From positions 1-62,662 of the forward strand of contig CANHIG010000002.1 in the NCBI GenBank assembly GCA_947461105.1: a stretch of DNA of 62,662 nt. Reading direction: 5' to 3'. Position 1 is the first letter of the stretch; each line of letters begins with the position of its first letter. The position numbers and the translations under genes were made by a program. The notes under the pieces are model-generated. The model was not told the DNA's origin and ran no database searches. It saw only the letters and a list, made by a program, of their open reading frames with translations. Shown here piece by piece: positions 1-10,356 of the stretch. The stretch comes from Bacteroidota bacterium (GTDB lineage Bacteria > Bacteroidota > Bacteroidia > Chitinophagales > LD1).

Positions 1-2
1 CA

Positions 3-374
3 GGCAGTGTAGATTCTTTATCACTCTATTTTTCTTCAAGTAATGCAGAGGGTGTAGCGGGTTCTGTTCTAAATGTGGATGCAATAAGACTTGGATATAA
101 AAGCAGCGTTGGCATAAACGATTTAGCTGACAAAATTTCCTTGAGCGTTTTCCCAAATCCTGCATCAAATCTTTTGACTGTATCTATTGACAAAATAGAT
201 AGCGATATTTATTTTGAACTTGTAGATATTGCCGGAAGAATTGTATTGGCAGATAACATCAAAAATGAAAAACAAACTTTCAATATTTCTAAGTTGGAAA
301 GTGGCAATTACTTCTATCGTTTATCTTCAAATGGTATAGTAGTTAAAAGCGACAACCTTTCTGTTGTAAAATAG
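3..374 (+). CDS. C-terminal fragment of a secreted protein with a T9SS type A C-terminal sorting domain; the 5' end lies upstream of the window
   Basis: The frame is open from base 3 to the stop at 372-374. The tail LSVFPNPASNLLTV...SGNYFYRL...VVK matches the Por secretion-tail pattern. The listed GTG at 75 is internal. Confidence 0.8.
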   Translation, partial: GSVDSLSLYFSSSNAEGVAGSVLNVDAIRLGYKSSVGINDLADKISLSVFPNPASNLLTVSIDKIDSDIYFELVDIAGRIVLADNIKNEKQTFNISKLESGNYFYRLSSNGIVVKSDNLSVVK

Positions 375-400
375 TTGAAAATCAAAGCATGGAAATCAAA

Positions 401-428
401 GGTCGCCTCAAAAGGACGGCCTTTTTTT
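401..428. terminator. Putative intrinsic terminator between convergent genes
   Basis: GGTCG (401-405) pairs with CGGCC (417-421), including one G-U pair, and is followed by TTTTTTTG. It sits between the stops at 374 (+) and 451 (-). Confidence 0.45.
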
Positions 429-450
429 GTTTATAATTCTGCTCTAAATT

Positions 451-2427
451 CTAATAAGACAGTAATGTATTGAGTTTAGCAGCAATTCTATTTTTAGGCA
501 GAAAATTTTGTTCTAAAGGGACTGCAAAAGGAACAGCAGTATCCATTGATGCACATCTGATAACCGGTGCATCTAATACTTCAAACAAATGCTCGGAAAT
601 CCACGCTGCAATCTCTGCACCGATACCTCCGGTAAGCGTATCCTCATGCAGCACCATTACTTTTCCTGTCCTTTTAACTGCATCTGATATGGCTTCTTTG
701 TCAAATGGCAATATGGTTCTGAGGTCAAGTATTGTTGCACTAATATTTTGTTCTTTTGTAATTTCTAAAGCCCAGTGAACAGCTGCACCATAAGTAATAA
801 TAGTAACATCCTCACCTTCTGCAACTAATTTCGCCTTTCCGATTTCAACTGTGTAATACTCTTCCGGTACATCTCCTTCTATACTCCGGTATAGTGCTTT
901 ATGTTCAAAATACATTACAGGATTAGGATCTTCGATTGCGGCACACAATAATCCTTTTGCATCGAATGATGAAGACGGGTAAACAATTTTTATACCGGGC
1001 ACATGAAAAAACCATGCTTCAGTTGATTGAGAATGGAATGGCCCCGCCCCTACTCCTGCACCGGTTGGCATCCTCACTACTACATCAGCATTTTGCCCCC
1101 ACCTATAATATGATTTTGCGAGATTATTTACAATGGCATTAAAACCTGTAGATACAAAATCCGCAAACTGCATTTCCACAACCGACTTCAATCCTCTCAC
1201 ACTCATACCCAAAGCAGCACTTAAAATACCGCTTTCGCATAGTGGTGTATTGCGGACTCTTTCTTTGCCAAATTGATCCACAAAACCATCTGTAATTTTA
1301 AATACACCTCCATACTCAGCTACATCCTGACCCATTATCACCAGTTGATGATATTTCTCCATACTTTGTTTTAATCCATCACTCACGGCATCAACAAAAC
1401 GAAGTTTTTTTGTTTGTTCTGATGGCTTATGTGCTGGCGCAGGCGTATATGACTGAAACACTTCTGATAATTCCTCTTCTGAGTCAGGCACCACATCTGC
1501 AAAAGAATCTGCGGTATCGAAAGCCCTCCTGATTTCAGTGTCCATTTCCTCGCGAAGCATCAATGGGTAATCAGGAGAAATAACGCCTTCCTCTATCAAC
1601 CAATTTTCAAAATTTGCTACGGGATCTTTCTTCTCCCATACTTCAAAAAGCTCTTTGGGAACATACTTTACTCCTGATGCTTCTTCATGACCTCTCATCC
1701 TAAAAGTCATACATTCCAAAAGAACAGGCTTCGGATTTTCACGCATATCAGCTGCCAAATCAGATATGGTATGATAAACTTCAAGAATGTTATTGCCATC
1801 AATTGTCAATCCCTTTATGCCATAACCTGCTGCCCTGCTGGAAAGCTGTTCGCATCTGAACTGCTCGTTTATTGGAGTAGAAAGTCCATAACCATTATTT
1901 TCAATAAGAATAATAACCGGCAAATCCCATACAGCTGCTATATTACATGCTTCATGAAAATCGCCCTCACTGGTGCCTCCATCGCCTGTAAATGCAACAG
2001 AAATTTTCTTTTCCTTTTTCAGCTTTGAAGCCAGGGCTATACCATTAGCGAGGCAAAGTTGAGGTCCGAGATGTGAAATCATTCCAACTATATGATGATC
2101 ATTTGTTCCAAAATGGAAAGACCGCTCTCTACCCTTGGAGTAGCCTTCTTTTTTTCCTTGAAACTGAGCAAACAAGGTAACTAAATCGCAATTTCTTGTT
2201 GTAAAAACACCTAAATTTCGATGAAGTGGACAAATGTATTCATCATTTTTTAAAGCAGCAGTAACGCCTACTGATATAGCTTCCTGTCCAATTCCAGAAA
2301 ACCATTTACTGACTCTGCCCTGACGCAAATACTTGAGCATTCGTTCTTCAATTGCTCTGGGTTTCAGCAAAGATTTATATATAAATAAAAGCTGCTCATT
2401 GGAAAGCGAACGCCTTTCAAAATTCAT
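451..2427 (-). CDS. Fused 2-oxoacid dehydrogenase E1 component (alpha + beta subunits in one 658-aa chain)
   Basis: The N-terminal half has the TPP-binding E1-alpha pattern (GDGGTSEGDFHE, ENNGYGLST). The C-terminal half is transketolase-like E1-beta (MGQDV..YGGVF, RNTPLCESG). The start is an ATG. Confidence 0.85.
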   Translation of the reverse strand: MNFERRSLSNEQLLFIYKSLLKPRAIEERMLKYLRQGRVSKWFSGIGQEAISVGVTAALKNDEYICPLHRNLGVFTTRNCDLVTLFAQFQGKKEGYSKGRERSFHFGTNDHHIVGMISHLGPQLCLANGIALASKLKKEKKISVAFTGDGGTSEGDFHEACNIAAVWDLPVIILIENNGYGLSTPINEQFRCEQLSSRAAGYGIKGLTIDGNNILEVYHTISDLAADMRENPKPVLLECMTFRMRGHEEASGVKYVPKELFEVWEKKDPVANFENWLIEEGVISPDYPLMLREEMDTEIRRAFDTADSFADVVPDSEEELSEVFQSYTPAPAHKPSEQTKKLRFVDAVSDGLKQSMEKYHQLVIMGQDVAEYGGVFKITDGFVDQFGKERVRNTPLCESGILSAALGMSVRGLKSVVEMQFADFVSTGFNAIVNNLAKSYYRWGQNADVVVRMPTGAGVGAGPFHSQSTEAWFFHVPGIKIVYPSSSFDAKGLLCAAIEDPNPVMYFEHKALYRSIEGDVPEEYYTVEIGKAKLVAEGEDVTIITYGAAVHWALEITKEQNISATILDLRTILPFDKEAISDAVKRTGKVMVLHEDTLTGGIGAEIAAWISEHLFEVLDAPVIRCASMDTAVPFAVPLEQNFLPKNRIAAKLNTLLSY

Positions 2428-2445
2428 AACGAGGGAAATTTTAAA

Positions 2446-2877
2446 CTATCCAATTGGAATTTTCTGCACTCTCCTCTCATGTCTGCCTCCTTCAAATTCT
2501 GTATCGAAGAAAGTTTCGATGATTGTAATAGCCTCTTCGATGGAAACAAATCTGCAAGGGATACAAACCATATTAGCATCATTGTGAAGTCTGGCAAGTT
2601 CTGCCACTTCTTTGTTCCAGCATATCGCAGCTCTCACTTTCTCATGCTTATTTGCTGTAATCGCTACTCCGTTTGCGCTACCACAAAACAACACACCCAT
2701 GTCATAAACACCATCATTTACTTTCTTGGCAGAAGGGTGAACAAAATCAGGATAGTCGCATGATTCATCAGAATAGCAGCCTAAATCATCGACATAAAAT
2801 CCTTTTTCAATCAAAAAATTAAGAACCTGATTTTTGTATGAGTATCCAGCATGATCACCGGCTAAAACTATTCGCAT
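2446..2877 (-). CDS. rpiB: Ribose-5-phosphate isomerase B
   Basis: The 143-aa protein reads MRIVLAGDHAGY...CGSANGVAITANK...EGGRHERRV, which is collinear with RpiB/LacAB family proteins. Confidence 0.9.
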   Translation of the reverse strand: MRIVLAGDHAGYSYKNQVLNFLIEKGFYVDDLGCYSDESCDYPDFVHPSAKKVNDGVYDMGVLFCGSANGVAITANKHEKVRAAICWNKEVAELARLHNDANMVCIPCRFVSIEEAITIIETFFDTEFEGGRHERRVQKIPIG

Positions 2878-2921
2878 ATATTAATTTAAAAATTGTTTGA
2901 TAACGAATATAAGAATTTGAT

Positions 2922-3764
2922 TTAAGGATTGATTTTATGAGCTATTAAAATACTCAATTCATAAAGGATATAAATAGGTACCGCTACCACCGTCATGGTA
3001 AACATATCTGGAGATGGTGTAATAACAGCGGCAACTATCATAATTACCACCACAGCATGCCTGCGATATGTCCGCATAAATGAAGCTGATAGAAACCCAA
3101 GCTTTGCTAAAAAAAAAACGACCATGGGCAATTCAAAAACTGCTCCGCTACCTAAGAGCATCATGATAAAGAAGCCAACATAATTATCGAAAGTGAAGCG
3201 ATTTTCTATTTGTGCACTAATCATATAATTAGTAGCAAAACTGAGCGAGAACGGAATAATAAGAAAATAGGCAAACACTAATCCCAAGAAGAAAAAGAAG
3301 GAAGAACCTATGATGATTAAGCCTGATTTTTTGGATTCAGATTCCGATAATGCCGGTCTTACAAAACGCCATATCTCCCAAATAATGTATGGAAATGAAG
3401 CAACAAGTCCCAGCACAATACACACCTGTATCTGAGCCATAAACTGTCCGAAAAGTTCCGTGTTTAAAAACACGATATTCAGGTCGTGAAAACAAAGCCC
3501 TTCCTGAGGACAAAGCAAACTGCTGATTTGACAAAGCAGCGGTCTGACATAATTGGAAAAGGAACACAAAAGTTTGTAGGTGACAAAATCACTTTTTACC
3601 GGCCCAAACAAAAAACTATCAAAAACCCATTTGCTGTTTGCCAACGCCAGAATTGCGAAAATGGCTATACACAATACAGAACGAAAAATATGTTTTCGCA
3701 TTACATTGAGGTGGTCAAAAAAACCCATCTCTGTTTCATCATGAAGCTGATCCAATTTCGCCAT
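2922..3764 (-). CDS. tatC: Twin-arginine translocase subunit TatC
   Basis: The 280-aa polytopic membrane protein has the N-terminal FFDHLNVMRKHIF motif typical of TatC (F-x-x-HL-x-ELR). Confidence 0.9.
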   Translation of the reverse strand: MAKLDQLHDETEMGFFDHLNVMRKHIFRSVLCIAIFAILALANSKWVFDSFLFGPVKSDFVTYKLLCSFSNYVRPLLCQISSLLCPQEGLCFHDLNIVFLNTELFGQFMAQIQVCIVLGLVASFPYIIWEIWRFVRPALSESESKKSGLIIIGSSFFFFLGLVFAYFLIIPFSLSFATNYMISAQIENRFTFDNYVGFFIMMLLGSGAVFELPMVVFFLAKLGFLSASFMRTYRRHAVVVIMIVAAVITPSPDMFTMTVVAVPIYILYELSILIAHKINP

Positions 3765-3843
3765 CGGGTACGAATATATAAGAAGCGAATAAAGAAGCCT
3801 AATTATCCAACTTGATAATTAACGATAGATTAAGATGTATTTT

Positions 3844-4767
3844 TTATCGAGTTGTATTTTCAAGAATATCGAAAATCTCTTTTAAGTCAGGAGATAATAC
3901 AATTTCTATTCGTCTGTTTTTTGCTCTACCCTCAGGCGTTTCATTACCCTCTACAGGGAAAAACTCGGCATGGCCAGAAGGGGTGATTCGTTTCGCATCT
4001 ACTTTACCCTCGTTAATCATTATATCGGTAACAGTTGTAGCCCTCATTACGCTCAAATCCCAGTTATTCTTTATCTCACCTTTAGGATTAATATATTGCT
4101 TGCTGTCAGTATGTCCTTCCACTAAAATTCCAATCTCAGGTTGCCTGTTCAATACTTCTGAAAGCTTTACGATGGCTTGCTTCCCTTTTTGATCCACCTC
4201 AAAACTTCCTGTTTTGAACAATAGTTTGTCCGATAAGGAAACATATACTTTCCCATCCTTTTGAGTCACGGTGAGTTCGCTGCTATTGAAACCGACCAAA
4301 GCATCAGAAATTTTCTTTTTCAAGGCAGAAACAGCTGCGTCTTTTTTCGCAATTAATGACTCTAAATCATTGATTCTTTTTTCTCTTTCATCAAGCAGCT
4401 TTTCTTTTTCGAGCAATGCCAAGCGAAGCTTTTCCTTTTCACTTACAGATGATTTGCCTAGTTCATCCAATCTATCCTTAAGGCTCTCATATTGTTCATG
4501 TTGTTCCGCCTGTTCCTTAATTAGTTTTGCAAGCTTTTCTGTCAAGGACTCATTCTCATTTTTCATTTTTTCAAAAAGCGCCCTCAATCCATCGTGCTTA
4601 GAGGCAAGATCAGCCAGAGAAGTTTCCAGATTCTGCTTCTTTTGAGAGCAATCTTTCAGTTCATTTTCATATTTATTTGAAAGTGCTGTTTGTGCGTCAA
4701 GTTTCTTTTTGGAAACCAAGCATGAAGACAGCGTTAGGAATACGACCAAAGCAAATAATATTCTCAT
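3844..4767 (-). CDS. OmpA/MotB-family lipoprotein with a long coiled-coil linker
   Basis: The C-terminus is OmpA-like (EGHTDS...NWDLSVMRA...NRRIEIVL). The ATG at 4767 gives MRILFALVVFLTLSSC, a lipoprotein signal. The listed start at 4812 is a TTG extension. Confidence 0.85.
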   Translation of the reverse strand: MRILFALVVFLTLSSCLVSKKKLDAQTALSNKYENELKDCSQKKQNLETSLADLASKHDGLRALFEKMKNENESLTEKLAKLIKEQAEQHEQYESLKDRLDELGKSSVSEKEKLRLALLEKEKLLDEREKRINDLESLIAKKDAAVSALKKKISDALVGFNSSELTVTQKDGKVYVSLSDKLLFKTGSFEVDQKGKQAIVKLSEVLNRQPEIGILVEGHTDSKQYINPKGEIKNNWDLSVMRATTVTDIMINEGKVDAKRITPSGHAEFFPVEGNETPEGRAKNRRIEIVLSPDLKEIFDILENTTR

Positions 4768-4923
4768 TTTCAGGTATTTTTGCGCTAAGTTAAACTCTTT
4801 AAAATTTAACAATCTGCCTTATCAACTCAAACAATGTGAAATGTCTGTTTTAAAAGATTTTGCAATTCTGATTGGTTTGATTAGATTTACTACAATTAGA
4901 AGTTCAGAAAAAATCTAAATTTT

Positions 4924-6252
4924 ATGAAAAGGCACTTTTTACCATTTTTTCTCATTGCATTTGCTTCAGGCAACATAGCCTTTGGACAAACTTTTTACAA
5001 CAATGGCGCACAAATAGGAGTGCTACAGGGCGCCCAGATGATTGTGAAAACAGGCGCATTGCCGAATGAAGGCTCTCTTGAGAATGCAGCAAACGGAACT
5101 TTTAAAAATAAAGGTCAGGTATTTATCGAGGGTAGTTTTATAAACACAAGCGGTTTGGCAGATGGCTTTGCTGCGAGTACAGGCGAATACATCGTTTATC
5201 AGGATTGGGTGAACAGCGCTACTTTCACTCCGGATCAAAGCAAAGTGTATCTCCGAGGAAATAATCAGCTAATCACCGGAAACAATCAAACTACATTCTA
5301 TGATTTGATTTGCGAAAATCCTTTTACAAAGAAATCTCAAACGCTTGATGCTTTTGTAAACAACACGCTTACACTTAATAGCAATGAACTTGCTACTTCT
5401 ACTCACAAAATGACTATCCTCAATCCTAGTCCAAATGCTATTATAGTAAATGGAGTTAATGATGCATTTGTTAGCAGCCAAGGTGCAGGACGATTGGTAA
5501 GAAACACTAACTCAACTAACGAGTATCTTTTCCCAACAGGATGGGATAATGCAGGAACTGCTTTTAAAAGAGAAGCTTCCATAATCCCTTCAGATGCCGG
5601 AAATCATACTTACAGTGCACGACTTGGATTCAATACATTGAGTGCTACCTCTACCACTGACGATGGATACAACATTTCTACCAAAGCACCTACTGTAGAT
5701 ATTGCAAATGATAAGTTTTATCATCTGGTTTCATCAACCGATAAATCTGCAGCAACTTTAGGACTGTATTTTGACCCAACACTGGATGCCGCCTGGACAT
5801 CAATTGGAAGATGGGAATCTGCCCCACAATGGGAGGACATTTTTAACGCCACTGTAGTTTCAGCATCTCCTCGTTCTAAAGTGCAAAAAACGCTTTGGAT
5901 AGATAATGGCAGAGAGCCTCATGCGCTTATTACTCCGAAACCACTAAACAAAGACTATAATTTCCCAAATGCATTTTTACCGGGAGCTACAGACCCTGCT
6001 GTGCCTCTTGAAGATAGATATTTCACTATCATTAAAAATGGTAGCAGTGTAATTTTAGATGAACTGATGGTGTTCAACAGATGGGGCGAAATGGTTTTCA
6101 ACAGCAAACGCGATGGCACCGACAAATGGGATGGATACTATCAGGGAGTGCTCCAACAACAAGGCAATTATTCATTCTTGGCTAAAGTAAAAGCTGCTTA
6201 CACAGGAGAAACGCTACAACCTGTAAAAGGAAATCTAGCCCTTATTTGGTAA
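4924..6252 (+). CDS. Secreted protein with a T9SS type B (gliding motility-associated, CHU_C-like) C-terminal domain
   Basis: It has a signal peptide (MKRHFLPFFLIAFASGNIAFGQ). The C-terminus FPNAFLPG...DRYFTI...LMVFNRWGEMVF...WDGYYQG...QQGNYSFLAKV matches the type B sorting-domain pattern. Confidence 0.8.
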   Translation: MKRHFLPFFLIAFASGNIAFGQTFYNNGAQIGVLQGAQMIVKTGALPNEGSLENAANGTFKNKGQVFIEGSFINTSGLADGFAASTGEYIVYQDWVNSATFTPDQSKVYLRGNNQLITGNNQTTFYDLICENPFTKKSQTLDAFVNNTLTLNSNELATSTHKMTILNPSPNAIIVNGVNDAFVSSQGAGRLVRNTNSTNEYLFPTGWDNAGTAFKREASIIPSDAGNHTYSARLGFNTLSATSTTDDGYNISTKAPTVDIANDKFYHLVSSTDKSAATLGLYFDPTLDAAWTSIGRWESAPQWEDIFNATVVSASPRSKVQKTLWIDNGREPHALITPKPLNKDYNFPNAFLPGATDPAVPLEDRYFTIIKNGSSVILDELMVFNRWGEMVFNSKRDGTDKWDGYYQGVLQQQGNYSFLAKVKAAYTGETLQPVKGNLALIW

Positions 6253-6277
6253 TTAATTTAACGCAAAAAATAACGTG

Positions 6278-7324
6278 ATGAAAAAGGTTTTAATCATATT
6301 TTCTGTTTTTTCTGTTTTAGTTCTGAATGCTCAGGACACTCATTTCTCTCAATTCTATAATTCACCACTTACGTTGAACCCTGCTCTTACAGGTCTTACA
6401 AAGGGAACAGCAAGATTTGGTGCCATATACAGAAATCAATGGTTTTCAGGCGTAGATAATGGCTTTGCTAACTCGCCTTTTCAAACAGCTTCGGCTTTTG
6501 TAGATGCGCCAATCAACTTAAAGGCAAATGCAGTAAGAAATGATGCTGTGGGAGTAGGAGCTTTCTTCCTATATGATAGATCTGGTGCCGGCTCTTTTTC
6601 AACCTTTCAGGGACAAGCTTCCGGTTCATATATAAAAGGATTGGGAAGAGATGGGAATCATCAGCTTTCAGTAGGAGTGCAAGTAGGATATACTCAGACC
6701 AGACTTGTGCAAACAGATTTAAGATTCACCAGCCAATTTGACAATAACAATCAGTACACAGGAAACCCTGCCGCTTTTGTATTGAAACCCAATGTGGGAT
6801 ATGTAAATCTAAACATCGGACTTCTTTATTATGGAAAGCATACTGAGAACTTGAGTATGTATGTAGGTGGTGCATTCTTCAACGCTACTGCTCCTAAATA
6901 CAATATAGAGGCTAATAACTCTAAACAAGAACTTTATTTCAGAGGTAATGCTCAGCTAGGGCTTGATGTTTCTTTCGGCAAGTTCCATATACTTCCTTCG
7001 GCACTATTTATGCAACAAGCTAAGGCTGATCAGCTGAACACAGGCTTGGGTTTGGGATATGATTTCAAAGAAGATATTACAATGACTTTGGGAGTTTATA
7101 ACAGAGCTAACAACATCACCAATAAATATCATCAATTGGATGCGATTATTCCTTATGCAGGCTTTGAAGTAAAACGATTCAAACTTGGTGTGAGTTATGA
7201 TGTTACCGTCTCTAAATTCAAAGATGCAGGAAACGTAAACGGAGCATTGGAAATCTCAATGATATATGTTTTCATTGGCAAAGTATACACAGAAAATAGA
7301 ATGCTATTTAATCCGAGGTTCTAA
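6278..7324 (+). CDS. PorP/SprF-family T9SS outer-membrane protein
   Basis: The N-terminus AQDTHFSQFYNSPLTLNPALTG is the PorP/SprF signature, and the size (~348 aa) is typical. The ATG at 6278 lies one codon inside the listed GTG. Confidence 0.85.
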   Translation: MKKVLIIFSVFSVLVLNAQDTHFSQFYNSPLTLNPALTGLTKGTARFGAIYRNQWFSGVDNGFANSPFQTASAFVDAPINLKANAVRNDAVGVGAFFLYDRSGAGSFSTFQGQASGSYIKGLGRDGNHQLSVGVQVGYTQTRLVQTDLRFTSQFDNNNQYTGNPAAFVLKPNVGYVNLNIGLLYYGKHTENLSMYVGGAFFNATAPKYNIEANNSKQELYFRGNAQLGLDVSFGKFHILPSALFMQQAKADQLNTGLGLGYDFKEDITMTLGVYNRANNITNKYHQLDAIIPYAGFEVKRFKLGVSYDVTVSKFKDAGNVNGALEISMIYVFIGKVYTENRMLFNPRF

Positions 7325-7346
7325 TTTCACGTTCAATACTCCGAAT

Positions 7347-9575
7347 CTAATCATACGGATTTTCACCTGACTCGCCTTCACTTCCGAAGTCTTTTACTTT
7401 ATCGGTCTTGGTATTTTCAAAAGCACCACAATCAAATTCGGTATTACTATTTTTAGGTTTATTAAACTGAGTGGAGAGCGAATAATCTTTAAGATTCAAT
7501 GAATCGCTATACACCTTCTGAAAAAACTTTGCCCAAATAGGAAGTGCGGTGCTGGCACCTTGCCCGTAATTCATACTTCTGAAACGAATAAATCTGTCTT
7601 CACAACCCACCCATGAACCCGCCAATAAATCGGGAGTGGCACCTACAAACCATCCGTCAGAGTTATTTTGAGTAGTACCGGTTTTACCCAAAATATCACC
7701 TATCAAACCATATTTAAATCGCAATCGCATACCCGTTCCGCTCCTTACTACTCCTCGAAGCAACTCCACCATAGTGTAGGCAATATCCTCGCTCAGCACC
7801 TCATTTTGTGGAGCCACAAAATCCTGCAATACATTGCCACTTCTATCTTCTATTCGCGTTACAAAAATCGGATTGATGTGTGTACCTCCATTTACAAAAG
7901 TGGTATATGCCCCAACAATTTCAAACAGTGAAGCATCTACCGCACCAAGACAAATAGATGGCTGAGCAGGAATTTCACCCACAAAACCCATGCCTTTCAC
8001 CATGCTGATAACCTGACCGGGAGAAATCTCGTGCATCAGAAATGCCGTAACCGAATTTATAGAATTGGCTAAAGCCTTTTTAAGTGTTAGCATTCCGCCA
8101 TACTTACCATCTGAGTTTTTAGGTGTCCAATCTGAAATCAGATTAAAACGAGGGTCTCCTTTTTCAAATGTGACGGGCTGATTGGGAACCTGAAAACATG
8201 GCGAGTAACCTTTATCGCGAATTGCTACGCAATAAATAAAAGGCTTGAATGTAGAGCCCACCTGTCTCTTTGTATTTACATTCACGTGGTCATACTGAAA
8301 ATATTTATAGCTGATTCCACCAACCCAAACTTTCACATGACCTGTGTATGGATTAACTGCAAAAAAGCCATTCTGTAAAAATAGCCTGTGGTAAATGATA
8401 GAATCCTTCGGGCTCATGAGCGTATCTTTTTCCCCTTCATGAGAATATATTCTCATTTGAATTTTTCGGTTCATGAGTGTATCAATCTCCGCTCTGGACT
8501 TGCCTGCGGCTTTATACTCCTTATACCGTGAAGACTGTGTGTAAGTCCTCTCCCATTCAGCCGGAAATTCTTTCCACGGATTTGAGCCTTCTTTGAATTT
8601 GAAGAAAATCTTTTGCCATTCTGCAAGATGCTCATGCTGCGCCTGCTCGGCATACCGCTGCAAACGCGAATCAATAGTGGTGTAAATTTTCAATCCATCA
8701 TGGTAAATATCATAGTTATCACCATTGGGCTTTGTGTTTTTCTTGCACCAGTCTTTCATCCATGCTCTGAGATATTCTCTGAAATAAGGCGCTATACCAT
8801 CCTCATGAGTTTCTGGATTAAAATCAAGTTTAATCGGAAGCGCAAACAATGAATCGCGTTGCTCTTCATTGATAAATTTGTAGTGATACATTTGATCAAT
8901 CACCACATTTCTTCTGTTCTTTGATGCTTCGGGATGTACTCGCGGATTATAGCTGTATGGGGCTTTGAGCATTCCTACCAATACAGCGGCTTCTTCAACT
9001 TTGAGCGAATCAACAGGCTTATTAAAATAGGTTTTTGAAGCATTCATAATACCAAATGCATTATCACTAAACTCCACTGTACCGAGATACAGCGCCATAA
9101 TTTCTTCTTTGGTGTAGGTGCGTTCAAGCTTTAGCGCTATTATCCATTCCTTCAATTTTCTGATAACCAGATATAATTTATTGGTTTTTTCACGAGGAAA
9201 TAAATTTTTAGCTAATTGCTGCGTAATGGTACTTCCTCCACCTTTGCTGCTAAAAGTTAAAACTCCGGAAACAGCTCTGGCTATAGCCTTCAGGTCAACA
9301 CCCGTGTGATTGTAAAAACGAATATCCTCTGTGGCCATCAACGCCTGCTGCAAAAATACCGGCAGTTGCTCAAAAGTAACTAGTGATCTGTTTTGGCTAT
9401 AATATTTACCAATTACTTTTCCATCAGATGAAATAACCTCTGTGGCCAAAGCTGAATTAGGATTTTGCAACTCCTCTACCGAGGGCATAAATCCCAAATA
9501 GCCTGAAGAGAGCAAAAAGATAAACAGGATAAACCCTAAAAATCCTGCAAGGAAATATTTCCAAAATCTTATCAT
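7347..9575 (-). CDS. mrcA: Class A penicillin-binding protein (PBP1A, transglycosylase + transpeptidase)
   Basis: GT51 motifs are present (TEDIRFYNHTGVD, GGSTITQQLAKN, RKLKE). The transpeptidase motifs are STFKP and KTGTT. Confidence 0.9.
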   Translation of the reverse strand: MIRFWKYFLAGFLGFILFIFLLSSGYLGFMPSVEELQNPNSALATEVISSDGKVIGKYYSQNRSLVTFEQLPVFLQQALMATEDIRFYNHTGVDLKAIARAVSGVLTFSSKGGGSTITQQLAKNLFPREKTNKLYLVIRKLKEWIIALKLERTYTKEEIMALYLGTVEFSDNAFGIMNASKTYFNKPVDSLKVEEAAVLVGMLKAPYSYNPRVHPEASKNRRNVVIDQMYHYKFINEEQRDSLFALPIKLDFNPETHEDGIAPYFREYLRAWMKDWCKKNTKPNGDNYDIYHDGLKIYTTIDSRLQRYAEQAQHEHLAEWQKIFFKFKEGSNPWKEFPAEWERTYTQSSRYKEYKAAGKSRAEIDTLMNRKIQMRIYSHEGEKDTLMSPKDSIIYHRLFLQNGFFAVNPYTGHVKVWVGGISYKYFQYDHVNVNTKRQVGSTFKPFIYCVAIRDKGYSPCFQVPNQPVTFEKGDPRFNLISDWTPKNSDGKYGGMLTLKKALANSINSVTAFLMHEISPGQVISMVKGMGFVGEIPAQPSICLGAVDASLFEIVGAYTTFVNGGTHINPIFVTRIEDRSGNVLQDFVAPQNEVLSEDIAYTMVELLRGVVRSGTGMRLRFKYGLIGDILGKTGTTQNNSDGWFVGATPDLLAGSWVGCEDRFIRFRSMNYGQGASTALPIWAKFFQKVYSDSLNLKDYSLSTQFNKPKNSNTEFDCGAFENTKTDKVKDFGSEGESGENPYD

Positions 9576-9639
9576 GTAGCTATTCTAATCCGGTCAATAT
9601 GCCGAATGATTTTGAAAGGTAAAACTTTGAATAATATAA

Positions 9640-10350
9640 TCAAAAAGATAATCCGCCATCTACATGTATTACAGAACCTGTGATATACGAAGACTCTTCA
9701 GAGGCAAGAAATTTATAGGCCTTTGCTACATCTTCAGGATTTCCCATTCTCTTGAGCGAGGTGCGTTCAGTAAATGCCTGAATGATTTGTTCTGGAATGG
9801 TTTTGATAATATCTGTTGCTATAAATCCCGGAGAAACCGCATTCACATTTATATTGTACTTGCCCAGTTCTTTCGCCAGTGTTTTTGTAAAACTGATTAA
9901 AGCACCCTTTGTTACTGCATAATTTGCCTGTCCTACATTTCCATAGTGAGCCACAACAGAGGATGTGTTTATTATTCTGCCATATTTTTGCTGTATCATA
10001 ATATCTACTACCGCCTTGGTAGCATTAAATACACCGTTCAAATTTACATCAATCACTTTATTCCATTGCTCTTCCGTCATTTTCGCAAAAAGGGCATCTC
10101 TGGTGATTCCTGCATTATTAACTAAAACATGAATACTCCCAAATTTTTCTACACATGCTTTTGCAGCTTCAATGCATTGAGCCATATCAGATACATCTAC
10201 TTTGCAAAAGAAATGATTGCTTCCATCAGATTCAGTAAAGTCCCATACACATACGTTAGCTCCTTCTTCTTGAAACAAATCTGCGGCTGCCTTTCCTATG
10301 CCCCTTGCACCTCCGGTGATTACTACTGTTTTATTTTCAAATTTCTTCAT
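9640..10350 (-). CDS. fabG: Short-chain dehydrogenase, 3-oxoacyl-ACP reductase-like
   Basis: It has TGGARGIG, NNAG and Y..xxxK (YAVTKGA). Its 236-aa length and overall pattern fit the FabG family. Confidence 0.75.
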   Translation of the reverse strand: MKKFENKTVVITGGARGIGKAAADLFQEEGANVCVWDFTESDGSNHFFCKVDVSDMAQCIEAAKACVEKFGSIHVLVNNAGITRDALFAKMTEEQWNKVIDVNLNGVFNATKAVVDIMIQQKYGRIINTSSVVAHYGNVGQANYAVTKGALISFTKTLAKELGKYNINVNAVSPGFIATDIIKTIPEQIIQAFTERTSLKRMGNPEDVAKAYKFLASEESSYITGSVIHVDGGLSF

Positions 10351-10356
10351 ACTATT

